DNA of 64,000 nucleotides, taken from Camelus dromedarius (Eukaryota). The stretch lies in the NCBI RefSeq assembly GCF_036321535.1, contig NC_087436.1, positions 92,816,001 through 92,880,000 on the forward strand, read 5' to 3'. Below are positions 39,689-50,099 of the stretch, piece after piece. Position numbers and translations under genes: made by a program. Each line of letters opens with the position of its first letter. Position 1 is the stretch's first letter. The notes beneath the pieces are model-generated. The model was not told the origin of the DNA and did no database searches. It saw nothing but the letters and a program-made list of their open reading frames with translations.

Positions 39689-40655
39689 TGAAACAGCAGG
39701 ACCCTGTGGGGCCCTCTCTGGTACAAATCCTTTCCTTGTCTCCCATTTCTTGTTTGTAAGAAGTAGGCTTCATTCAGCCTCCTTGACCTTCCCTGAGCTC
39801 CAAAGGGCAGATTCAAACAGTTGCTAATTAGGGAAGGGAGGGAATGCAGTTAAGGGAGGAAGGGTTTGGAATCAATAGTGCAGCCTTGAAGCAGGGTCCA
39901 GGTTCCCCCTCAAGGAATATACACAACACTATCTTTGAGTTCTGCAAGAACTAAGGCCCCCCAGCCAGGTGGAGGATGGCAGCTTCAGGCGGAGCACAAG
40001 GTTCCTGGAATATCACCCTATTACCTCACCACCAGCCAATCAGAAGAAAGTCACACACACCCTGCACTCCTCACCCCAAATTTTGCCTATAAAAATTTTC
40101 CCCCCAAAACCATGGGAGAGTTCAGGGGTTTTGAGCATGAGCTGTTGGGCCAAGTGATGTCCTTCAAAGTCCAACGACCCGTATTCCTGGGCTCTCAGAT
40201 GTCTGCCTATGATCCCTCAACAGATAAAGGACATACTTTACTGGGCATGTTTCCCCTAACAGACTAATTGCCCTCGATAATTCTCAGGCTGGCTTGTTTC
40301 AGCCCACCTTATCAGAGTCATAAGCCCCACCGCCCTTCACCCTAAACCTCTTACCTCACCTACAAGCAGAGACCTGTGCACAAGGCAGTCATGCACCCTG
40401 TGAACCAACCTTATAAAAGACCCCAACAACTGGCCCTTGGGGCTCACACAGGCACCTCTCATCTGTGTGGCCCGCTGTTGCCTATAGCAGAGAACCCTAA
40501 TAAACTCCTCTCTATTCCCATACTTTGGTAAATTCTTTTACCAACCCGTGTGTCACCATGTCACCAACCAGCCGCCACGTTGTCCCACAACATGAACCAC
40601 TGGTCCTTGGCTCTGCAGTAAACCTTTCTCTGCTCCAAACTCTGACGTTTTGGTT
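39689..40655 (+). mobile_element. ERV LTR interrupted by a nested LTR
   Basis: tgaaacagcaggaccctg start, CCAAT and TATAAAA at ~40037-40094, resumes after 40592 with cagtaaacctttctctgctcc. Confidence 0.8.
40143..40592 (+). mobile_element. Nested solo LTR, same family as 32385-32856
   Basis: Near-identical blocks (ttcctgggctctcagatgtctgcct; ctttactgggcatgttt; caaccttataaaagacccca; tgtcccacaaca); TSD TGAGC/TGAAC. Confidence 0.92.
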
Positions 40656-41251
40656 TGTTAGAGTTGGAATCACAGAGAGTAAATGAGATTGAGGCCTGCA
40701 GACTTGCCATGGAACGCCACAACATAGGGCAAGAGGTATATATATAAATCAGATGAATGTAGTTCACCACTGCTCGCTAGGAGTCAGCTGACAGATAAAG
40801 CAAGTCTTGCAAGGACTTACCAAAGCATAGGGACCTCAGTTTCTCCTCAGTGGGGCCTGTTGGGATCGCCATGCATCCTTACTCACAGTGAGCAAGGTAA
40901 GTCACAATTTCCTATAGAAAGAGCACAGCAACTTTACCACCATAGGTACTTACCACAGTTAGGCAGTAGTTAAGATATTGCCTGTTTCCCTTCTGACCCC
41001 ACCATCAGAAGAGCAAGCACGCTCTCCCCTTCAATGTCGCATGACTTTTTGTTACATTCCTAAAAGGCTCTCTCAGCCTCTAGGACCCTTTCCCTCTCTT
41101 ATAGGGACCCACATGCCCTGTCCAGAATTCCACTCAATTTTATCATCCACCATCTCCTCCCATCTCTCCTTAGGTACCCTCGCAATTCTGCCTCTCCAGC
41201 ATTACTAGCCTGCCTGCCCAGCTCACTCCCGTGTTCTCCCGCCTAACCACA
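40656..41251 (-). mobile_element. Probable further LTR
   Basis: TG...CA-bounded unique segment with LTR-like composition abutting the previous LTR; no clear TSD. Confidence 0.4.
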
Positions 41252-41268
41252 TCATGTTGGCTTTGCAG

Positions 41269-41460
41269 CAGTGATTCTCAACCAGTGGCATCTTTTGGCA
41301 GTGTCTGGAGACATTTTGGTTGTCACAGCTGGAAACTAGTAGCATCTAGTGGGTAGAGGCCAAAGATGCTGCTAAACATCATACGAGGCGCAGGGTAGCC
41401 TGTCACAACAAAGACTTAGACCCCTCAAAATGTCAATAGAGCCGCTGTTGAAGAACCCTG
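41269..41460. mobile_element. MER20 (hAT-Charlie)
   Basis: cagtgattctcaacc...tgtctggagacattttggttgtcac...gcatctagtgggtagaggcca...gaaccctg. Confidence 0.88.
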
Positions 41461-43154
41461 CTTCTCTGAGTCACAGTTCAAAACTGCATATTAAAGGCAA
41501 TGCCCACCAGCTTCTACCAAATATGTGTATGTATGTGTGTGTATTTGTGTATTTCTAAATTCTGGAATCCTTACCCATGCATCTTAATACTGATACTTTT
41601 TCCTATCGTCCAGCTCTGTCCATTTCACCATCACTCTTGAGAATCAGGGAGAGAGAAATACGGGATAATACTTCTCTTCTTGCCTCAAATATCTATGCAA
41701 GTGAGGATAGGAAGGCAAAAAGATACACAGGGCTAGATTCTTGCTCTATTTTATTCTCAGCTTCTTGTGAACTTCCAAATATTATAGCAGCGTGGACATG
41801 CTTCATTACAACTTCTTTTTCCCACCAACTTCACTCTGCTATCTCCTAACACCGTCAAAATTCCTTTCCTTGTCTTTGGGTAGCTTGCTGGAAATATTTT
41901 TGTGAGACATCTATATATAAAAATACATATATACACATATATATCATATATACACACACATATATATATCAGATTTCTGTGAAATTTTACACTGATTATT
42001 TCTAAAAATATCCAGGCCATCTTTTTAGCCTTTTTTTTTAAGGGGTTGAATTGAGTTGACTCTGGTATTAATTTTGGCTATGCCATTTTTACTTCTGGAC
42101 ACAGCAGCTACAGAGAAACTGAAATGGGAGGAGAATAATACTGCCCCTGCCCTGAATTTCCTGGTTTAGAAGGAGGGGACTTTGGAAAAGGGAGGCCAAA
42201 GCATGGTTTGTAACAAGCTGAAAATATGCCCTTGAAAGCTGATGCCTAAACTGTGCCTGTGAAATCGTAAACAAGCTTGACCATGGGTTTGACTTACTTA
42301 CAATAAGGAAAAAACCAGTTGAAGAATTTCACTTTCCTCTTTATACTTAAACAGAAGTAGACTATCAAGAGCCTTTGATGGTCTTTCCAAAGAATTAGGG
42401 CAAATGGAAGAATAGAATAAATAGAAAAGAACTAAACAAACAAAAGAAAAATTTAAAAACAGCAGCAAAAATGTTTTTAAAAAGCTAAAAACATTTTAGA
42501 AAGTGTCAAAAGAGTAATTACTAAACCCACATGGCTGTGACAAATGAACTGCAATCAGAGGCCATAGTACAAAAAATAATTATTCATTAACTTGCACTGC
42601 TACATGTTATTCCAGCAATGACAGTGAATTCTGAACATAAATCTCTAATTTAGCAGAGTCATTCCTGTAATAGACTTGCAAAAAAAAAAAAAAAAGAAAA
42701 AAAAAGAAAAAAATGAAAGGTTATAGAAAAAGTAGTTAAACGGTGTCAAGACTAGTCATAGAGTCTAGTATACCATTTGACCTGGGCAGTAGGCTGCTCA
42801 CTGACCTGACTGCTGAATACCCCCCTGGGTTTTATGGTTAACAAGCAAGAAGCTCTGAGATGGCCCAATATTTTACACCCCTGCTGCTTTTTTTGATAAT
42901 GGGCTCACACTCTTACTCCTTTTCCATAAGTGAAGCTTCATGTTGTTGACTCACTCCACCCCCCAGACAATGAATAAAGTCCATGATGGAATCATACTCC
43001 AGGCAGTGGATTTGGGCTATTATTTACCAGGATGTCAAATAAGAAAATATGCAACTGATAAAGCTTAGAAGCAAAATCAGGAATAAGGAAAGTAAATTTG
43101 AAAGCACAGATTGTTTAATGGTTGCTATTGGAAACAAATTCTGGATTAAACAAA

Positions 43155-43963
43155 GTTTTTTTTTAAATTGCAGTTTAGTTAGTTTATAATGTGTCAATTT
43201 CTGGTGTACAGCATAATGTTTCAGTCATACATATACATACATATATTCATTTTCTTATACTTTTTCATTATATTGAATATAGTTCCCTATCGTATACAGA
43301 AGAAACTTGTTGTTTATATAGTAGTTAGTATCTGCAAATCTCAAACTCCCAATTTATCCTTTCCCTCCTCTTCCCCTCCTTGTAGCCATAAATTTGTTTT
43401 CTGTATCTGTGAGTCTGTTTCTGTTTTGTGAATAAGGTCATTTGTGTCTTTTTTTTTCTTTTAGGTTCCAAATATGAGTGATATCTTATGGTATTTTTCT
43501 TTCTCTTTTGGCTTACTTCACTTTGAATGAGGATCTCTAGGTCCATCCATAATGCTGCAAATGGTATTATTTTATTATTTTTTATGGCTGAGTAGTATTC
43601 CATTGTATAAATATAATATATATAATATAAATATAACTTTTTTTTAAGGGGCAATAATTAGGTTTATTTATTTATTTATTTTTAGAGGAGCTGCTGGGGA
43701 TTGAACCCAGGACCTTGTGCATGCTAAGCATGTGCTCTAGCGCTTGAACTATATCCTCCCCCCTACTGCAACTTCTTCATCCAGTTATCTCTTGATGGAT
43801 ATTTACGTTGCTTCCATGTCTTGGCTATTGTAAATAGTGCTGCTATGAACACTGTGGTGCATGTATCTTTTTGAATTAGAGTTTCCTCTAGATATGTGCC
43901 CAGGAGTGGGATTGCTAGATCATATGGCAAGTTTATTTTTAGTTTTTTGAGGAATCTCCATAT
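43155..43963 (-). mobile_element. L1 3' end containing a nested SINE
   Basis: Reverse L1 terminus and ORF2 end; flanks ttaaacaaagttttt / ttaaacagttttt. Confidence 0.88.
43640..43763 (-). mobile_element. tRNA-Ala-derived SINE nested in L1
   Basis: gctggggattgaacccaggaccttgtgcatgctaagcatgtgctctagcgcttgaactatatcctccccc. Confidence 0.88.
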
Positions 43964-44039
43964 TTAAACAGTTTTTAAAACTAAATTCAGGTCTCCTGAT
44001 TCAGAATTTTTTAAAAAATGATAGAATTCAGTGCCAGAG

Positions 44040-44675
44040 AAGGACATTTATATTTTGGGGCTGCCCAGCATATTTTGAACATACTTCCATTATCTGGGGA
44101 ATCTTCTACCGTGTGAGTTTATCCCTCCGAGCTAGGAGGCGAGACGCCGACTTGCTTTCCCAGGCTCCTTTCCAGCTAGGGCCTGCAGATGTGACAGAGC
44201 CTCAAACCAACCAACCATCAGAAATCTGAGAGGCTTCAGTTTGCAAGAAAGTAATGGGAAAAGCAAGGCATCTCATGGAACATATTTTTGATGAGGGAAG
44301 AGCTGCAAGGCAAAGATACACAAATTCAGAGGCAGTAGGGCAGACGTCCTGGAGAGTGTCAGCAATATTGACAACTGTGTCCAGTGGAAACTGCAGTAAG
44401 AAGCCACATAGTTCCTGGTTATAGAGCTTCCAAGTCAGCATCTCGCCTCCTTTTTAAAAAATTTGGTAACTATGCAATATCCTTAAAAAAAAAATCCTTT
44501 TCTGTGGGGAGGGTATAGCTCAGTGGTAGAGTGCATGCTTAGCATGCATGAGGTCCTGGGTTCAATCCCCAGGACCTCCATTAAATAAACATATAAACCT
44601 ACCTAAATTTTTTTTAAAAATAAAAGCAAAACAGAACAAAAATCCTTTTCTGTTTAACTAGGATGGATGTTGTTC
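44040..44675 (+). mobile_element. ERVL-type LTR (LTR16/LTR33-like) interrupted by a SINE
   Basis: ttcccaggctcctttccagctagggcc...atgtgac; end aatccttttctgtttaactagg. Confidence 0.5.
44506..44637 (+). mobile_element. tRNA-Ala(AGC)-derived SINE with perfect 16-bp TSD
   Basis: GGGGAGGGTATAGCTCAGTGGTAGAGTGCATGCTTAGCATGCATGAGGTCCTGGGTTCAATCCCCAGGACCTCCA plus A-rich tail; TSD AAAAATCCTTTTCTGT (44490-44505, 44638-44653). Confidence 0.93.
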
Positions 44676-44689
44676 ACGCATATAGTGTG

Positions 44690-45490
44690 TATTTACTGAA
44701 TACCTACCATGACCTAAACTGGCTTTTAGCAATGAAAAAACAAAACATGATTCTGATCCTAAAGAATCATGGGGGAGACAGATTATAAACAAAATAAACA
44801 AAGAAATAGACGATGATGCTATGTGTTACATGGTAAGCAGTATAAGACAATGATACGTACTATAGAGAAAAATAAAGCAGGAAATGAGAAGAAAAAATGC
44901 CAGTATAGAGGTAGGGTGTAGTGTATTTAAATAAGGTGGCGAGGAAAGGTCTCAGCAAGGTGACATTTGAATAGAGACCTGAAGGAGGTAAAGGAATGAG
45001 TCAAATGGATATGGAGGACAACATTCTAGGTAGAAAGGACACGAGGGGTGCTTGTGTGCTTGGAACAAGCAGGAGTGTGCTTGGCACATTCAAGGAAAAG
45101 CAAGAAAGCCAGTGGGGCTGGAACGCAGTGAACAAGGGGGAAAGTAGTAGGAGATGAGGACCAAGGGGAAGTGATCAAGTAGGTGCTGGTGGGTCACTGC
45201 AAGGGCTTGACGGTGGGAGCCACTGAAGGATCTGGAGCAGAGCAGACATGTTCTGATGTATAATTTAATAGCATCATTGTGATTACTGCACTGAGAACAG
45301 GATAGGGAAGGGGGCGGGCAAAAACAGAAAAAAGAGAAAAGTGAGGAAGCTATTGTAACAGTCTCCGTGAGAGATGAAGGTGGTTTGGATGGTGGTAGCT
45401 GAGGCAGGTGAAGAGAAATAGTTAGATTCTGGATATATTGTGAAATGTAACTGACAAGATTTGTTGACGGATTGGTTTGGGAACATTCTG
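44690..45490 (-). mobile_element. L2 fragment
   Basis: tatttactgaatacctacca...aaggtgacatttgaatagagacctgaagga...ttagattctggatatatt. Confidence 0.8.
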
Positions 45491-45769
45491 AAGACCTAAC
45501 GCTTCTGACAAGTAGTATTAGCTTATATGATTTAATGTGTGTTCTAAGAATCAAAGGAGGAAATAAATGGATTCTTGGCATTAGTAGTAGTACAAACCTG
45601 CTCTTATATTGATATAGAGCTTTGGCGTTAACACTATCTGATGCATATAATGACATATATCATCATTACTATGTTGAAGTCATTTCTAAAGTATTTATTT
45701 TCAGTGCTTACTATGTACAAGATATCATAATTTGACATCACCAATAATCTAAATAGTACTAGAGTTTAA

Positions 45770-45940
45770 AAGCTCTTCAACATCCATTATTAAACTGACA
45801 AACACCTGTGAGATAGGTGTTTATTACCTATTTTACAGATAAGGAAATTGAAACTTAGAAAAGTAAGTGATGTGCCTCAGTTCATGTAGTAGTAAGTGGC
45901 AGACCCAGCCATGAACGGGGCCAGAGCCTTTAACTCACAG
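45770..45940. mobile_element. MIR SINE
   Basis: ctattttacagataaggaaattgaaacttagaaaagtaagtga. Confidence 0.72.
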
Positions 45941-46058
45941 GTGAGAGTGCAGTACTTCCAGCAACACTCTACAGTGGCATTCCGCCACCTCCTAGGTTTC
46001 ACTTTTATTTCTTCATTATAAAATAGTTTCTATGTATGTGTCTTGAACACTAAGCCTA

Positions 46059-46450
46059 TACTCTCTGGACAAAACTGTCCCCTTGCCAAGTTCTTATATT
46101 AAAGTCCTAACCCCCAATATGACTGTGTTTGGAGACAGGACCTTTAGCAGGTAATTAAGGTTAAATGAGGTCATGAGGGTAGGGCCCTAAGCCAATAGGT
46201 GGCTTTTTAAGAGCAGGAAGAGAGAGCTATCTTTCTCTTTCACCATGTACACAGGTCAAAGAAAGGCCACCTGAACGTAAAGTGAGATGGTGGCTAACCT
46301 ACAAGCCAAGAGCCCTCAGGATGTAATCTGTCTAGCTGGCACTTTGACCTCGGACTCCCCAACCTCCAAAACTGTGAGAAAATACGTATCTGTTGTTTAA
46401 GTCACCCAGTCTATTATATTTTGTTATGGCAGCCTGCACATAATAATGCA
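46059..46450 (+). mobile_element. MaLR LTR (MLT1A/B-like)
   Basis: gtcctaacccccaatatgactgtgtttggagacagg...taaggttaaatgaggtcat...actgtgagaaaatac...gttatggcagcc. Confidence 0.88.
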
Positions 46451-46743
46451 CCATGTTATGGGAGAGGACGGTGTTTTATTCTATAATAAAGCAATCTTCA
46501 TGTTGGCCAATTTAATCACTTACAAAATCCCAAATGTTTTGTCATGGCTTCCTTTTCAGGCCGTGTAACCCAAACCACACAAAGTCCACAAGTCCACAAG
46601 CCTGTGGAATGTTTTAGTCTATTTTACTTGTCCCTAAGCTCCATTCACAATCATGGAGTACTTAGTTCTGGACTCTGGGGGAACAGCATGTGGTAACACC
46701 AAGGTCGCCAGAGAATCTCTGACAATCTTCGTATCTTCAGTAT

Positions 46744-47051
46744 CTCTGCTGTTTGGTACGTTAGCCAATAGTCGTATGTGGAGAGTGAGCATTTGATACA
46801 TGGTTGGTCTGAACTGAGATGTGCTGTAAGAATACAATATATATTGTGGGCTTAATATGAAAAAAGAATGTAAAATTATTAATTAATAACTGTTGAAATG
46901 ATAATGTTTTGGATATAGTGGGTTAAATAAAACATATTATAAAAATTAATTTCACCTGTTTCTTTTTACTGTTTTTAGCCACTAGAAAGCTTTAAATGAC
47001 ATATGTGGCTTGCATTTGTACCTTGCATTATATTCCTATTGGACAGCACTG
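46744..47051. mobile_element. MER33 (hAT-Charlie)
   Basis: tctgaactgagatgtgctgtaag...tatattcctattggacagcactg. Confidence 0.78.
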
Positions 47052-47559
47052 CTCTATACACACACATGGTCTCTTAGTTCTTTTGATACACTCACTCCTT
47101 GAAGTCTCAGCTCGTTCTTCCTGGGTCTTGCCTCCAAAGGACATTGTCAGTCTTCCTGTGCTCCAGCTGGTTCTGCTTTTGATAGTGAGCAGGTTTCAAA
47201 ACTTGAATATGCTTGAGACAGAGGGAAAAAGTCCCCATGAAGGGTCTGACCCCCAGATAAAATATCTAATGCAATTAGATCTTTCCTCATTGCACTGATA
47301 CTTTTCTCCTTCACTACTGTAGGTAACATTATTTAAAAATACCCTTCTATAAAAGAAAAAAAAAAGATGAATTTTATTTGGGAAAACAAACAAACTAATA
47401 AAAATCCCCCAGCCCTTCTAATAATGTAGTCTTTAGAATTAAACATTCTAGAAAATGGAAGGAAGTGATAGGGAATGTGAAACCCTGTCCCATCATATAT
47501 ATATTTGTGATTTTTTTTAATGGTATCCAAGATTATAGAAATCCAAACTTAAAAAAAAT

Positions 47560-47757
47560 TTTTTTAAATTGAAGTATACTCAGTTTACAATGTGGTGTTA
47601 ATTTCTGGTGTACAGCATAGTGATTCACTTACACATATATACATTCCTTTTCATATTCTTTTTTATTATAGGCTATTATAAGGTATTGAATATAGTTCCC
47701 TGTGCTATGCAATGGGACCTTCCTGTTTATCTATTTTATGTATAGTAGTTAGTATCC
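47560..47757 (-). mobile_element. L1 3' end
   Basis: ttgaagtatactcagtttacaatgtggtgttaatttctggtgtacagca. Confidence 0.85.
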
Positions 47758-48764
47758 ATAAATTAGTGATTTTGATCCAATATTTCCCTCTATTTTTCAA
47801 AAGAGTGGTTAAACAGATTACCCAAGCTCACATCTCTGTATGAAATAGTTACTTCTGAAGCCAGGATTCTGGCCCTTATTCTGTTCTCTTGCCATTATAT
47901 CACAATATCATGTAATCTCTAAAGTTTAAACTTTCTTTGGCAATTCAAAATTTTACAGTATCTGGTAGGGGAGAAAATGGGAGGTGGTCATTGTTACAAA
48001 TATCAATTATTACCAAACAGTACGTGGAAAATAATTACAGTTACTTCTGCTGTTTGGGATATAAATAAATGAGGAGTTATGTTAACAACTGCTCAATTTA
48101 TTCAATAAAGTACTCCACAGAATTGTTCTAAATTAGAGATGATGATGATAATGACAGCCAAAATGTTTTGAGCCCTTTACGTGAACACTGTGCTAAACAC
48201 CCTATGTGCTTGAGCTCATCTTATCATTTCACCATGCATGGGGTATCATTACCCCATTTTACAGGAAAAAACAGAGATCACATAGTTAAGAAGTGACTGA
48301 AACTAGGTCTGTCAGACTCACAGCCCCAGAGCTTGGCCATGCTCTACAGCCTTTCAATGATCTTATCTCTGCGTCTTCCCAGGTGTCTCAAAGTGCACCC
48401 AATTTCTGCCCTAAAAAAGACAGGATTGTAAATTCTGGGCATCATTCTCTGCACATTTCAGATAATTTAGTTTCGAGCATGTCTTAGATTGTTTTTGTAT
48501 CCTTCTTATGAATTCATCTGGCATAGCTTAGAAAGAGCATGTTTTGGAGAAGACTTTTAATCATTTACTGATTTTTGAAGACGTACTTCTGGAGAGAGCT
48601 CTTATAGTTACAGAGACTGATCTGATTGTGCCAAGTTATAGCATGTTTGCTTTCTGTCCCTTGCCTTTATGTCCCCGGAATCGTAGGAGTTAAAAAAAAA
48701 AATCCACCTGTCAACATGAGGCTTTGTATTTTTTTTTCTTTCAATTTTAAAAGTTCTTTTTAAA

Positions 48765-48923
48765 AAAATTTTTATTGACGTATAGTCAGCTTACAGTGTT
48801 GTGTCAATTTCTGGTATGCAGCATAATGTTTCAGTCATACATATAAATACACATACTCATTTTCTTATTTTTTCATTATAGATTACTATAAGATATTGAA
48901 TATAGTTCCCTGTGCTATACAGA
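48765..48923 (-). mobile_element. L1 3' end
   Basis: tatagtcagcttacagtgttgtgtcaatttctggtatgcagca...ccctgtgctatacag. Confidence 0.85.
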
Positions 48924-50099
48924 AGGCCTTGTACTTTAATAAGGGAAAAAGGAAAATATTCTCTTAAGGGGTCCAAAGTTTTTTTTTTGCCCAGAAAGGT
49001 TTTGACTTAAAACATGGAAACAAGTTTTTACCAATACTGACTCATGAAGTAGAATCTTGAAAGTAGTTCTTTAAATTCCAGGAGTCCCAGAATATCCTAA
49101 GGTAAAATGAGAAGCATAATATAATATAAAATGTAGCTATTTATACCAAGTTCTACAGTGTACAAATATGTTCACCTCAAACAATCCTCAAAATAATTCT
49201 CTACTGGTCACATTCTACAAGTGAGGAAATAAGAGGCCCAAGGAAATTAAAGGAATGTCTAAGGACTAGACCATTTGTGGACTTTCTGACATTACTCCTG
49301 CTGTATTTGTGTTTGTTAACTCCTTGATTATGTTTTAACATTTGAACTGGTATGTTTTCTTTCACCAGAAAGAAAACCAGAGACATCCTGAATAAAAAAA
49401 GAGCCAGGAGAATGTGGCAAAACATTTATTTACTTTCCCATGGAGTCTCTTATGCGACCATAACAGAGAGTCCACCTCAGAGAGACAGTAGTCACTTTTC
49501 CCTTCTGGCCCCTAGCCTCTCCACCATCTGTCTCTTTATTCATCCCTTCTCCCACATCTTTCCTTGCCCCCTACCTCCCATTATCTTGGACTGGCAATGA
49601 AGGATCATTTCGTTCCCAAAAGGAAAGGGAAAAAAAGCCCTCTGGTGGGTTCTAATTCTAAGAGTGAATGTTTAATTACTCACTTTGAAAAAGTATTTCC
49701 AGCAATATATCCATATAACTAAAAGAGCCCAAATTAAAAAATTAAAAAATTTTCCTAAAAACTGTTCCAGTATTTTTGTAAGGATTGTTTCGCTTTTATT
49801 TTGTTATTAGGATTGACCTCAGGAAAGGAAAATAAAGTTCATTTAAAAAACCGTTCAAAATAAGCCCAATAATACAGTAAGCCCTTAAAGGAAGCTTAGC
49901 ACCTAGGAAGCTAGGATCTTGAAAACTAATAGTGATTATTAGTAAAAAGGTCATTTCTAAACACTTCAAAAGATAAACTATATGCTTTGGATAGTACTAA
50001 ATTAAACTGCAAAACATGAACCTGGTAATTCACAGTATCAAGGACCATTATTTCAAATCAGAGAAACCTACATATATAACTATTTTTTATGACTTAATG

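Noticed and set aside
32385..40592. Full provirus bounded by the two similar LTRs
   Set aside because: Each LTR has its own TSD, and the interval holds the host promoter with no PBS or gag/pol/env.
42720..43030. Possible ERV internal or other coding fossil
   Set aside because: No motif could be assigned.
44508..44580. Apparent tRNA-Ala(AGC) gene
   Set aside because: Mismatched acceptor stem, A-rich tail, 16-bp TSD and four related copies show it is a SINE.
45090..45656. 188-aa ORF
   Set aside because: Lies largely in an L2 fragment; no recognisable domain or splice support.
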